From a virus: a stretch of 64,000 nt of DNA. Below the pieces are notes generated by a model. That model was not told where the DNA came from, made no database searches, and saw only the letters and a program-made list of their open reading frames with translations. Numbering within the stretch: position 1 is the first letter of the stretch; each line of letters begins with the position of its first letter. Positions 22,531-34,201 of the stretch are shown here, one piece after another. The stretch lies in IMG/VR virus record IMGVR_UViG_3300042261_002391, positions 1 to 64,000 of that record; one strand, 5' to 3'. The translations under genes and the position numbers were made by a program.

Positions 22531-23862
22531 TGTCGTATTATTTATCGGTTATACTTCTTATACGTTTTTAATTAAAAATAGTTACACTTGTTTGTATTTA
22601 ATTAGTGTATATAAACCGGAAGAAATTAATGGCACTTTAAACCGTTGTTCGTCAGTTTGGGCAACAATAGTTTGAATATAGTATTCATCAACATCTTCAT
22701 TCGTGATTGCTAGTTTATAGATAGCATTTTCAAGGTCTTTTTGTGTTGCCAACATTGCTCTGGCATATACACAATACTTATACCCACAGTGAACACCATC
22801 AACCAACCAATCAAAAAAGATTGCAATTAGTTTTGATTCACGCTGTCTGCCGTAGTGATGAACACTAATTTTGGTTTTAAATTCTTTCTTTGTCATAGCT
22901 GTAAGTGTTTGTACTTCTTATACGTTTTTAATTAAAATTAGTTACAAATATAAACAAAAAAGCGAAACCCTTGGTTGACTGACCAAGGGTTTCTAAGTAC
23001 AAACCTAAATACACAATATGACAAGTAAGACACCTAAGAATCAATCTTCGAGTTCAACGTAGACTACAAAGCAACCGGACATTGAAAATGGGTCAGGTAT
23101 TTTTGGGTTTTCTTCGTCAACACATTGGTCAAGATATGAAGAATCAACACCAAACATTCCACCGCCTTCGTGCTTGTAAATTGCGACCTCAACAGGTAAA
23201 TTTGTGTCGGGGTCAGTTACGGTAACTTCGGTAATAAATTTTGCTTTGCTCATAACATCAATTTTTATTTGTTGTACTTCTTATACGTTTGCTTCGGGAA
23301 AAGGTTACAAATTATGCTACTTTTATTTTTTCACATATCATTTCACAATATTCATCAAAACTACCATACCAGATTTTGTTCATTGGGATTTTCTTTTCAA
23401 TGATTTTATTTGCTAACATCAAAAGATTATACGGCAACAAATAAGCACCATCAAGAATAATACACAATCTATCCTCATGTATATGGATTATAGAATCTAA
23501 ATCCCTATCAATACGATGAATTAATTCGGAATCATTTATTTGTGATTTACATTCAATTCTATCGTTAATTTTATATAACGGGCAATTAAGAACAAATTCA
23601 TTTTTTCGTTCGTTTCCCTTTGGTGTTAAAAATGGCGAACAAGCATCTTCAAATAGTTTATTTTTATTACTGTACTTCTTTAAATTTTCAATTGTTGTGC
23701 TATCATAAGAGCAATACAATTCTTCAATATTTAAAGTACTTAAAATAAACTCTTTTACCTTATTTTCAAGAACGTTATGTCTCTTTATCATAATATGATA
23801 TTTAATGATTAAAATTAAAGGTGTCTGCTGAACATTATACGTTTAACAGACACCTTTGGTTA

Positions 23863-24756
23863 CTACCATGAAGTTAATTTTTTCTTTGGATTGATGTTGA
23901 GTAAAGTATGTATATATTTCTTTACTGAACCAGAGTTGTTACTAACCTTTTTGAAATCATCATTTAATATTGCATTATATGCTGCTTTCATAGTAACTGT
24001 TTCATCCCAAATCAACGGCATAATGGCACGAATTACATAGAAAGGAGTAATATCGGATTTTTTTATCATATTGTCACAAACAGCGCAAACAAACCCAAAC
24101 TCAGTGTTAAATTTTTCCTCTTTTATTTTAGACACCAATGAATCGTCGCAATATACGGACATTTCCCTACTTTTCCCATTCAAGCCATCAGAATCTTTTA
24201 CTAATAAGGCATAAATTCGACTAGGTGTTAATAAGTTCTTTTTAAAATGATATACAGATTCAAATTTAGCTTTCAAAGTAGCAATCTCCATTGCTAACAT
24301 AGCATCACATTTAGTAGCAACTTTGAAATTTGCAGTACCATTCCATTTTTGATTAACAGCATTGATTCTTGACATTGCATTCAGTTTCACTTTAATATCT
24401 GGACTATTGAAGTCAGGTTCTGGTGTTACTAAGAAATTAAGCGGAATATTACAAATCTTGTGCATTTCTTCTCTGTTTGTACCATCACACATTTCAAAAA
24501 TCATGTTGACTATCGTATGTGTCATATTTCCATAATAACGATTTTCTTCAACCAATCGTTTAAACGTGTTCACCCTGTTTTTTTCAATACCACTGGCTTC
24601 GCCACGGTTGTGTTCCATTCTTTTGAAAATATCAAAATTTAAAGTAGTGTATGTTCTACCAAATTCGGTTACTTCGTCAATACTCTCAATAATTGGATAA
24701 TAACTTTCAATTGTTACACCATTGATAACTTTTGAATAAGATTTTTTTAATTCCAT
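23863..24756 (-). CDS. Possible ParB-N-like domain protein
   Basis: HNR...DGTNR resembles the ParB/Srx DGxHR motif; weak. Confidence 0.4.
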   Translation of the reverse strand: MELKKSYSKVINGVTIESYYPIIESIDEVTEFGRTYTTLNFDIFKRMEHNRGEASGIEKNRVNTFKRLVEENRYYGNMTHTIVNMIFEMCDGTNREEMHKICNIPLNFLVTPEPDFNSPDIKVKLNAMSRINAVNQKWNGTANFKVATKCDAMLAMEIATLKAKFESVYHFKKNLLTPSRIYALLVKDSDGLNGKSREMSVYCDDSLVSKIKEEKFNTEFGFVCAVCDNMIKKSDITPFYVIRAIMPLIWDETVTMKAAYNAILNDDFKKVSNNSGSVKKYIHTLLNINPKKKLTSW

Positions 24757-24880
24757 AATTGGTTAATTTATGAATTACTAATAATGAGATTGTTTGTACT
24801 TCTTATACGTTTTTAAATAAAAATGGTTACAGATTTTAATGTTTTTATTTAAAAAAGAAAAGGGGATTTCTCCCCTATCT

Positions 24881-25768
24881 TTATGCAGTTTCCAACAAGT
24901 ATTCCAAAACTTTCGAATCGGTTTCCTGTCGTTTCTCCGGTACGGCAATGTTCCGGTTATCATCGTTCAGGTACTGATTGATACCGTTATAAATCAGCCA
25001 ATCATTAACTCTGCCTTTGTAACCTAAGTTAGGTATTTGTGCTTCGTGGTTGATTCTTGACATGATATCATTCAACGTATTGAAGTTCTTATTGTCAACC
25101 ATAGCGATTTTGGTAGCTTCCAGAACTTCTGCTAAACGTTCAACCGGATTTTTAACCCAACTTCCACCAAGTGCTTCGTATCTTGCAGTAATAGCCAGAT
25201 TTATCTGAACTGCATTTTCGGCAAAGTGTTCCATCATTGCATTAAGCTTTTTAAAGCTTTGTTTAATGCTGTCAGTATGTTTGCCAACAATGCAAAGATT
25301 AAATTCTTTCATTTCCTGAACCGGAACAGTTAAACCATTGGTGCAAACCAAACGGAAGTAACCAAAAGTGATTTTGTATTTGGTCAAACCATTGTAAGAA
25401 TGTTGAACTCTCAGCATCGGGCGAATCTTATCGTTAGTACCTTTCATCTGATAGGCATAACGGTCGTCAGTAATGGTATAATCAGCATAAAAACGGACGT
25501 TATTGATATGGCGATAAGTCACTTCGAATTTAATTCCGTTATCGTTTAATACCTTTTCAATCTCCGGAAAGATTTCTTCGTTTTTCACCAATGCATAAAC
25601 AGGAGAACAATAATTTAAATCCACTTCTTCACCGTCAATAGTTCCGGTTACTACTCGTGAATATTCCTTGTTGGTTTTCCTTGGATTCTTGCGCAATTCA
25701 ACAGGAAAGTAAAATCCTTCTGCTGTCACAATCTGTGCGCCTTGTTTAATCTTTTTTTCTTTTGCCAT
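24881..25768 (-). CDS. DUF932-like protein
   Basis: YALVKNEE, HSYNG and GYFRLVCTNGL motifs. Confidence 0.75.
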   Translation of the reverse strand: MAKEKKIKQGAQIVTAEGFYFPVELRKNPRKTNKEYSRVVTGTIDGEEVDLNYCSPVYALVKNEEIFPEIEKVLNDNGIKFEVTYRHINNVRFYADYTITDDRYAYQMKGTNDKIRPMLRVQHSYNGLTKYKITFGYFRLVCTNGLTVPVQEMKEFNLCIVGKHTDSIKQSFKKLNAMMEHFAENAVQINLAITARYEALGGSWVKNPVERLAEVLEATKIAMVDNKNFNTLNDIMSRINHEAQIPNLGYKGRVNDWLIYNGINQYLNDDNRNIAVPEKRQETDSKVLEYLLETA

Positions 25769-25887
25769 GATTAGCTGTATTAAGTGATTAATAATTGAAC
25801 TATTTGTACTTCTTATACGTTTCTTAATTAAAAAAGGTTACACAAATATACACATTTTTTAAATAAAAATACACTCACCAAAATATA

Positions 25888-25928
25888 AGGCAGGTGTGGA
25901 TTACTGCACCCTAGTATTACCCAGCCTC
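25888..25928 (-). ncRNA. Putative small structured RNA (copy of 18517..18557)
   Basis: GAGGCTGGGTAATACTAGGGTGCAGTAATCCACACCTGCCT after promoter 25939-25967. Confidence 0.55.
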
Positions 25929-27370
25929 ATATAATTATTATACGTTTCTTAATTAAAAAAGGTTACACATTTCTGTGCAACCTCAAATGATTAACTGCTA
26001 GTACCTTTTTGCATTATCCTAGCATTTCTTTCAGCTTCTGTTTCACCTTCAAATCAATCTGTTCTTCCAATGATTCATTGGTTAGTTCTTCGGCAATGTA
26101 TTTCGCTGCTTTTTCTGCCTGCGTTTGAATGCTTTCTCTCAATTCGTCAATTTTCAGGTTTGATTTAATCTCCTGTCTCAATTCTTCCATTAAGCCATAC
26201 TTGGCAGTTTCAAGCAATTCTTTTCTGAGTTCTGGTTTTATCACAACAGTACTCCAAAAGCTACCGGATTTCTTAACCTCAGTCAGCATGAATGTTTTAA
26301 GTTCATTCCTGATTTCATCAACCACATGATTGGCAGCATCTTTCATCGCATCAGTAGCAACAATTGATTTCAAATGCTTTTTGCTGAACTCATGAACGAT
26401 GTTACCACGGATTTCGACTTCAATTTCACTGTCGCCACCAATCAGCCTTTCTAAGGCTTGTAAGCTGTTAATTTGTATCTTTATGCTCATAATAATGTAA
26501 TTAATTGGTTTATAGTTCTTATACGTTTTTTAATTAAAAAGGTTACAAAATTTCAAATTCATTTTTCATTGAATCCATTTAACAGTTCTTCAATCAATAT
26601 ATAACCAACACCTGTAAATGGTAATCCACCATCATAACTCCAATTATATTGAAGTCTTATTTGTGGTTGGTTTGTGGTTGGTTTTACCCTGAAGTTTTGA
26701 AATCTGCTGAATCCAAATATTGATTTTTTCAATATGTTGGTTACAACATCAATTTTTGATAGTTCATCAACAGAAAGATTAGATTTATTAATAGTTTCAT
26801 AACCTTTATTCTGAAGTGATAAATTAGGGTAATTAGTAAAAATATCCATTAAAACATCAAATTCTTCCTTAGTAATTAAATTGATTTTCATTGTGTTTGT
26901 ATTTGTGGTTTGTACTTCTTATACGTTTTAAATTAAGAAAGGTTACACATTTCTGCGTAACCTTTCAACCATTTAACCACTTAAATTAACTATTATGACA
27001 ACAACAAAAGTCTTATTCGTCTTCTTCCATCTCATCTGGTTCTGGGTCTGGATAATCAATTTCAATTACTCCGTCTTCAACACCTTGCCAGAAATTTTGG
27101 CTATTACCTAAAGTACCTTTAGTACCCTCCTGAAGTCTGTTCCTGCTGGGAACTATATTCCCGTAATAATCCTGAGTATCTTCTTCAGGCAAAAAGCACG
27201 CACCAGATTCTAATAAACTCATCGCCTTCCTACCCATTGAACCTTCGAACTTCCACACCTCACCAGATTCAATAAGATTCTGCATCTGGGTCATCCCGTG
27301 TTTGTTCTGAAGTTCTGTTATTCTTTCAAGTGTCATCTCCATTGCCGTCAGTTTTATTGGTTTGTATTGA

Positions 27371-27457
27371 TAGCATTGGTACTGACCACCAGTCCAGTAC
27401 TTTAGGGCTTCCCTTATTGCGAAGGGACGTTGCTGGATTTCACAACTTTCAATGCTA
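27371..27457 (-). promoter_or_regulatory. Multi-stem RNA structure in the 5' leader of 27013..27342
   Basis: Closing stem TAGCATTG/CAATGCTA enclosing three hairpins. Confidence 0.5.
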
Positions 27458-29120
27458 ATTTCTTATACGTTTGAGCTGGGAAAAGGTTACAAATTTAATG
27501 ACGATTATCAATCAAATATCTACCCGCCTTAATATGACCATCTTCAAACAAGCATTTGAATACATGATGAATGCAATACATTGGGTACTTTCCGGCACGA
27601 ATCTTTTCACATTCGCCAAAGTCCATTGTTATTTTTGCGTCATGTTCACTAATCTCGTATTTGTATAAAGCATTATTAGCTTCTTCAATTGCTTCAAACT
27701 CAAAGCTACCACCATAATGCTTTTCAACCAGACGATTAAATTCATCAGCATCCATTTCAATTAACTCTGGTTTGGCTGGCTCTTCCTCGAATAATACATT
27801 GAAAGGATTTTCTTCTGTACATTCAATAACAACATCAACTGGTCTGGCAATTCTTCTTATATCCAATCCCCAATAAATGCCTTTCCGTATAGCATTAATT
27901 ACTTCATCAGTTTCTTTATGGGTTTGAATTCCAACCTCAACATTAATTTTCACTTCTCTTGTTTCCATAACAGTATTGTTTATTGGTTTGTACTTCTTAT
28001 ACGTTCTTAAATAAAAAAGGTTACCGAAATATATTTTAATAATGTAGGTATTTATATAATATTTAGCTACATTTGTAGCAGTGTTTATTGTGACGCACAT
28101 AGTGATTCTCGAATAGACGAGAAATAATGGAGAATATCTCACTCACTAAGATATGTTATTTATAGCATAATCACACAAAAAAGTTGCCCCTACTAGTAAA
28201 AGCAACATTAAATTTGTAAGTTCAGGTGTACATTACCCATAGACAAGTTCGTCGAACAATGCGTATTGTACAATGCTGTCAGCATCTCCGGCATCGTGAT
28301 TATCAATCAATTCGGCAGGGTCAGTACATCTATCTTCGCAGAACATTTTAATGCCTTTAAGCATAGAATCTCTAGTCAGTTTCCATTTGTCTGACGATTC
28401 AGCATCATGCAATGTCAACGAGCCACCGTAACCAATTACGTCTGATGCATAGTTTACTTTTTCTTGGTCTTCATCGCTTACACCAATGATTTTACCATCC
28501 CTGTCTTTATTGATTACAGCTTTCCCACACCAATAGTTGATACCACCTTCAAGTGCAGTTACAACTAAGTCGTTAATGTCTTGAGTGCTGAACTCATGTG
28601 ATAAGGTAATCTCTACTTTAAACTTGTCCATGATAGTATGTTTTAAATGGTTATACTTCTTATACGTTCTTAATTAAAAAAGGTTACAGCTCAATTACAC
28701 TATTTAGTACATTAACAGCATTCGAAATGCCATCCTTACCTATGAAGAATAGGTAATCGTAAGATGTTGAACCTAATCTCATTCCATCATTATCATACCA
28801 ATAGTTATATCCTTTGTTATATTCCTTTTTATCGCCTTTAGCATCATAATAAAAAGAACTTGAACTTGTTTTGGTCTGGTATTTTCCATCAGTAGTTTGA
28901 TATGACTTACCTACAATCTTAATATCTTCTTTACTGTACATTGCCATATGTGTATTGGTTATACTTCTTATACGTTCTTAATTAAAAAAGGTTACAAACG
29001 TACAATAAAAAAGGCGTACATTGCTGCACGCCTTTTCATTAAACAATGTCACAAATAAAAAGAACAAAACAAAATCGATATCTTATACGTTTAATCTTTA
29101 AAAAGGTTACAATTATTATG

Positions 29121-29195
29121 AGCATGGAGTGGGATTCGAACCCACGACTTTACAGTTTTGCAGACTGTTGCCTTTGACCACTCGACCATCCATGC
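29121..29195 (-). tRNA. tRNA-Cys(GCA), copy 1 with own ECF-type promoter
   Basis: Full cloverleaf; anticodon arm ACAGT-CTGCAAA-ACTGT; U73. Confidence 0.95.
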
Positions 29196-29821
29196 ATTAT
29201 CTTATACGTTTTTAATTAAAAAAGGTTACAATTATCCGGCACAACTTTTATACGCTAAGTGAAACACATCAAACTTCTTTTTAATAACGTACAACTCATA
29301 AAAACTATCTGTTTTAGGCTGTACATTATCTACATGAATAATTTTAAATCTGGGTTCATCCGGATAAGTATGTTCTTCAATCGTTTCATGCTTGGCAAAG
29401 TATTCATTCAATGATGCAACCAGCCATTTATGAAACTCTAGTCCTAAATTCTGTTTAATCTTATTCTGATTCCTTAATGCGTACCTTGCCATCAGTTTTA
29501 ATTTAAGAGTTTACGACTTCTTTTTGATACCAGCTTTAACTCATAACCAATACCAATCAATTCAGCTTTTAATTCGTTTATTTCGGCTTCTGTTGGCTTC
29601 TTGCTGTTCTTCACAACATAATCATAGTCACAAGTACTGTGCTGTCCTACGTGTGCATAACAACAAACATCTCCGTTTTGATTTTCAACTTCATAAGGGA
29701 ATATTGCTAGTACTTCTCCTTTGAACTTCCTGAACATTACTCTTATTAGTTTCATAACAGTAAGATATAAGCTTGTATTTCTTCTACGTTTTTAATTAAA
29801 AAAGGTTACAAATGAGTATGC

Positions 29822-30412
29822 TTAAATTGCATACTCATTTTTCAGGCTTTCAAGTTCTGATTGAAGCATTTCCCGACACCGGAATACCATTCCTTTAACT
29901 GTGCCTAATGGAACTTCGCAAAGTTCAGCTATTTCGTTATATTCCATTTCCTTAATGAAAAACAGTTCAGCAATACGCTGATATTTTGGTTTCAAACGAC
30001 TGATAGCAGAATTAATCGTATTCATTGATTCATTGCTTTCAATCGTTTCCTGAACATCGTTACTTGCTTCAAATTGAAACAGTTCGTTTCCATCTTCGTC
30101 AACATAACCGTCAACGTTGATATTCTTACCAAACTTTGCATTTTTGGTTCTCCAATAGTCAATTACCCTATTGTTTGCAATGCTGTAAAGCCATGTAGTG
30201 AAAGCATTTTTGCTATCATATTGGCTGATAAAACGCTGAACTTTCATAAAGGTATCAGCAGTTAAATCTTCGGCTGTCATTTCGTCTTTCACCTTACCAT
30301 TGATGAAGAACTTAACCTGATTGTAAAACTCATTGTAAACTCCGGTAATGTTTCCGGTTGAAACAGCTAACTGAATTGCTTGTTCTTTTGTCTTTGTCAT
30401 TGTAGTTGCCAT
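29822..30412 (-). CDS. ECF (sigma-70 group 4) RNA polymerase sigma factor
   Basis: Region 2 AEDLTADTFMKV...FTTWLYSIANNRVIDYWR; region 4 MEYNEIAELCEVPLGTVKGMVFRCREML. Confidence 0.95.
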   Translation of the reverse strand: MATTMTKTKEQAIQLAVSTGNITGVYNEFYNQVKFFINGKVKDEMTAEDLTADTFMKVQRFISQYDSKNAFTTWLYSIANNRVIDYWRTKNAKFGKNINVDGYVDEDGNELFQFEASNDVQETIESNESMNTINSAISRLKPKYQRIAELFFIKEMEYNEIAELCEVPLGTVKGMVFRCREMLQSELESLKNEYAI

Positions 30413-30455
30413 TGTTGTAAGTATTAAGGTTAAACGTTTGTTCTGAATTGTTTAG

Positions 30456-30487
30456 CAAAGTAAGCGATTATAAATTTACTGTGCAAA
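30456..30487 (-). promoter_or_regulatory. Host (Bacteroidota primary sigma) type promoter for the sigma gene
   Basis: TTTG-N20-TTACTTTG, near the TTTG-N19-21-TAnnTTTG consensus; no ECF-type promoter upstream. Confidence 0.6.
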
Positions 30488-31250
30488 TTTTTTAATACTT
30501 TTTTTAATTAAAATTGTAACATTTTTTTTCGGACAATGATTATCAGATACTTAACTCGTACAATCTTTGCTTTATAATACCGTACAATGTTGAACTATAC
30601 CGTACAATGTGACAAACATTAGTACATTGAACATTCTACATTCTATGTTAATTATCTTTTTTTTTATGCTGTTGATATATTCATGTTGCTATCATATTGT
30701 TGATAGCTAAGTAAAACTATTGTCCTTAATCAAACATAAATCTATTATTAATACACTTTAATATTTGCCGGATATTGCCGGATAGTTAATAATACTGTTC
30801 TGATTATATTGATAATAAACAAATTTGTTTATTTCTTCTCTGCCGGATATTGCCGGATAGATTAATATTTGTTTTGTTATCATAATATTCTGAGGTTTGT
30901 TTTTAATTGTTTTTGTAGTTTCATATATAAAGTATATATACTTTATATATGCCGGATGATATAAACATAATAATCCGGCATGGTTCTCCGGCTTCCGGCA
31001 TCATGTATGGTATCATGTATGGCGCATACGTGTGTGTCTGCGCATCACTCGCTTACGCTCGTGTATTACGCATACGTGAAGAAATCTTCCTTGACAAAAT
31101 ACTAATCCTCCGGATATATCCTAATTTCTATTGATGTTTTTTAACACATTGCCCTTATCTAAAATCATTCTAAATAAGGCTTAGATGTTTTTTAATTAAA
31201 AACTATTCACTAACTTTGTCACATCGTTTAATCTTTAAAACCTCAATACT

Positions 31251-32798
31251 ATGGCAATTATTGTTAAAAAAGCAAATCAGCAAAATGTAGCTATTAGCGA
31301 ACCAATTAAACCCGCTTTCATCCCTAGTGTTTATCAACAGCGTGTTTATGATTTCATTACCTCCGGTAATGGGAATGCTGTGATTGATGCTGTTGCTGGC
31401 TCAGGCAAAAGTACGACAATTGTTAATGCTTTGCGCCTTATTCCCTCTGATAAATCAGTTTTATTCTTAGCTTTTAACAAATCAATTGTTGATGAATTGA
31501 AGTTGAAAATCAGTAACTCAAAAATTGATATTCAAACCTTGCATTCACTTGGTATGCAAACAATTAAAGATACTTTAAGGTTTGTTAATGTTGACGCTTC
31601 AAAGTATAAAATCTATGTTAAAGACTCCCTGAAATACGGCTATATCAAACCAACCGTAAAACTCGAAGAAGAAGAAATGGGCGAATATACCCAAAATATC
31701 AATAAGTTAGTTGATTTGATTCGTGTTTATTTGGCTTCCGATATCAATTTAGTTTATGATATCGCTGATAAGTATCAGATTAATATTATTGATAATGAAG
31801 CTGATGTTGCTTTAAATGCTGTTAATTGGGGTATCAGCAATACCAAAAGTATTGATTTTACCGATATGATTTTTCTGCCGAACGTGAAAAACTACCGGAC
31901 TAAAAAATATGATTTCGTGTTTATTGATGAGTGTCAAGACCTGAACACAGCGCAAAGGGAATTATTTCTGCAATGCCTGAATGATAACGGTCGTTTTATT
32001 GCCGTAGGTGACCCAAGACAAGCGATTTATGGCTTTGCCGGAGCAGATGTAGAAAGCTTCAAAATATTGGCTAATTTGCCTAATACTATCAATTTGCCTT
32101 TATCAATCTCCTATCGTTGTGACTCTGATATCATTAACCTTGCCAAAACTATTGTTCCTCAAATTGAATCTAGACCGAATGCACTTGCCGGAACAGTTGA
32201 CCGGAATGCGCATTTAATTGATATTCAGGACGGTGACATGATTCTTTGCCGGAATACCGCTCCTTTAGTTGACCTTTGCATGAAATTTATTGCTGACAAT
32301 ACCAAAGCCTATGTAAAAGGCAAGGATATAGGCGCAAACCTAATCAATATTATCAAACGTACCAATAAAAAGCTAATGAAAGACGTTTTTGAACGTTTAA
32401 ACAAAGAATTATATAAGATTGGCTGCAAAGTATGTAACAAGCAAAAATGCGATTTTAAGGAAGCTAAAAGCGATTCTCTTTATACTTCTATGAAAGATAA
32501 GATTGAAGCAATTGAAGTGCTTTCAAATAGCCTTGAAACAGCAAACGAAGTAATTGAAAGAATTGAATTAATTTTCAAGGATGAAGATAGAACCGGAATT
32601 TGTTTATCTACTATTCACAAAGCTAAAGGATTGGAAAGTAATAATGTTTACATAATCTGCGAAGAGTTATTCTTTCCTAAACGTGCTATGAAAGTAGCTT
32701 GGCAAGCTGAACAGGAATATAACATCGTTTATGTAGCTTATACACGTGCAAAGCATAAACTAGGATTTGTTATCGACTACGTTTATAAACGTGATTAA
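31251..32798 (+). CDS. UvrD/Rep superfamily 1 helicase
   Basis: AVAGSGKST, FIDECQD, VGDPRQAIYGFAGA, STIHKAKGLE and YVAYTRAK motifs; TAACTTTG element at 31211. Confidence 0.95.
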   Translation: MAIIVKKANQQNVAISEPIKPAFIPSVYQQRVYDFITSGNGNAVIDAVAGSGKSTTIVNALRLIPSDKSVLFLAFNKSIVDELKLKISNSKIDIQTLHSLGMQTIKDTLRFVNVDASKYKIYVKDSLKYGYIKPTVKLEEEEMGEYTQNINKLVDLIRVYLASDINLVYDIADKYQINIIDNEADVALNAVNWGISNTKSIDFTDMIFLPNVKNYRTKKYDFVFIDECQDLNTAQRELFLQCLNDNGRFIAVGDPRQAIYGFAGADVESFKILANLPNTINLPLSISYRCDSDIINLAKTIVPQIESRPNALAGTVDRNAHLIDIQDGDMILCRNTAPLVDLCMKFIADNTKAYVKGKDIGANLINIIKRTNKKLMKDVFERLNKELYKIGCKVCNKQKCDFKEAKSDSLYTSMKDKIEAIEVLSNSLETANEVIERIELIFKDEDRTGICLSTIHKAKGLESNNVYIICEELFFPKRAMKVAWQAEQEYNIVYVAYTRAKHKLGFVIDYVYKRD

Positions 32799-32816
32799 AC
32801 AGGCTAAAAACAAGCT

Positions 32817-32848
32817 AAAAAAGGCAGTCAAATATTGATTGCCTTTTT
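32817..32848 (+). terminator. Intrinsic terminator
   Basis: AAGGCAGTCAA/TTGATTGCCTT plus T-tract. Confidence 0.75.
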
Positions 32849-32983
32849 GCTTTGTGTACATTGCACACGTACATACGGGAAACTATTTTTAATTAAAAAA
32901 GTTTGTCTACCTATTGCACAATTCAAAACTATTTACTTACTTTGTGCCGTTATTCAATCATTAATCTTTAATTCTTTGACACT

Positions 32984-33250
32984 ATGAACACTCAAGCAAC
33001 AACAAATCAGACAGTTAGAAGTTTATCAACTATCGCTCGTGAAATCCGTCAGGATTGGGGTGCAAAAGTTTATTTTGGTGCTAAACCCTATCTTCAGGCA
33101 ATGGGAACACTTGACAAAATATCTGATAACTATTATCAGGACTCAGGCAAAAGTATCGTTTTATACTTTCTCGCAAATGCCGGAACTTGGAGAGGCGAAA
33201 CAGCCAAACGTATTAAGGCAGAACTCAAAAAAATGGCAGGCATCAAATAA
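32984..33250 (+). CDS. Small early phage protein
   Basis: AKPYLQAM...YFLANAGTWRG; host-type promoter ATTG-N20-TTACTTTG at 32913-32944; terminator at 33264-33295. Confidence 0.8.
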   Translation: MNTQATTNQTVRSLSTIAREIRQDWGAKVYFGAKPYLQAMGTLDKISDNYYQDSGKSIVLYFLANAGTWRGETAKRIKAELKKMAGIK

Positions 33251-33544
33251 GACCTGACCGGGCAAAAAAGCTATCAATACCTGATAGCTTTTTTTATTTC
33301 CAGATTCCTTATCTGGAATCAGTCTAAATAAAAATAACATCCTCTGGCGCATATGCGCATACCTATGCACACGTGAATAACATTTTTTTTCAATTATCCA
33401 AACTTTAATGCAATTATTTTCACCCTGAAAAAAAAATCATTTTTAATTAAAAAAAGTTAGCTAAAAGTTTTTTTATTCAAAACTAATTCCGATATTTGCA
33501 TAGAGTTATTTAACCAAATTTTTTAACCGTTTAAATTTAACAAC

Positions 33545-34201
33545 ATGAAAAACATTGCTTTAACAATCGAAATTACTTTGAAAGTGTTAATTGAATTAGT
33601 TATGGGTAAATTAACTACCTTTAAAGCCTTGAAAATCAGTACTAAATTCTCTGATATTATTGAAAGTGTTGCCCGACCTACTTTTGTAGGCATAAACAGC
33701 TATCTTTCAAGTACTTCCGGCGAACTTGCAAACCATGTAATTCTTTGCAATTTCAGCTATAAAAATGCTGTTTTGCGTGACTTGTCAAAACTGCAAAATT
33801 CGACAATTGCCGACGTTGAAGCAATTGCAAAAAACTGTTCTATGCCTATTGAATTAGTGAATGAAGCTATTGAAAAGCTAAAAAATAGCTTTATTAACAA
33901 CATGAATAAAGAAACAGCAAGCAATCAAAGCCTAGCCCAAAAAGATACTTTTACTGTTATTTCCGAAGCTGTTAAAGTTCACAACGAAACCAAACAGATT
34001 TATATCTATGGTTTGGCAATCAGCAAAAAAGTAATTGAAAAAGGCGAATATAAAACAGTTAACAGCAGACCGTTAACAGTCGCACAGAATGAAGTTAAAA
34101 AGTACTTCAACTTCTCTTCTGATAAGTATCGCCAATTTATTGTTAACTCTGAAAATTTGAGTAGTGTTAAAATAAACGGTCAGGAATTAGAACTATGTTA
34201 A
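33545..34201 (+). CDS. Early hypothetical protein
   Basis: 218 aa; terminator at 34216-34245. Confidence 0.8.
   Translation: MKNIALTIEITLKVLIELVMGKLTTFKALKISTKFSDIIESVARPTFVGINSYLSSTSGELANHVILCNFSYKNAVLRDLSKLQNSTIADVEAIAKNCSMPIELVNEAIEKLKNSFINNMNKETASNQSLAQKDTFTVISEAVKVHNETKQIYIYGLAISKKVIEKGEYKTVNSRPLTVAQNEVKKYFNFSSDKYRQFIVNSENLSSVKINGQELELC

Larger units (their letters stand above)
1491..29810 (-). promoter_or_regulatory. Dispersed ECF-sigma-type promoter TGTAAC-N16/17-CGTATA(AGAAGTA), about 38 copies in this span
   Basis: Seen on + as TATACG...GTTACA starting near 1491, 5655, 7677, 10108, 10323, 10923, 11893, 12449, 13066, 14809, 15512, 15972, 17150, 18049, 18451, 18566, 19184, 19774, 20250, 20549, 20987, 21254, 22559, 22919, 23282, 23836, 24804, 25814, 25939, 26520, 26920, 27464, 27998, 28661, 28969, 29084, 29203 and 29783; typically just upstream of a start codon or RNA. 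Confidence 0.9.

Noticed and set aside
1491-29810. The ~35-bp repeat as a CRISPR array or integron attC sites
   Set aside because: Spacing is gene-sized and irregular, the motif is bipartite with a variable 16-17 nt spacer and non-palindromic, and no cas or integrase gene is present; a promoter explains it.
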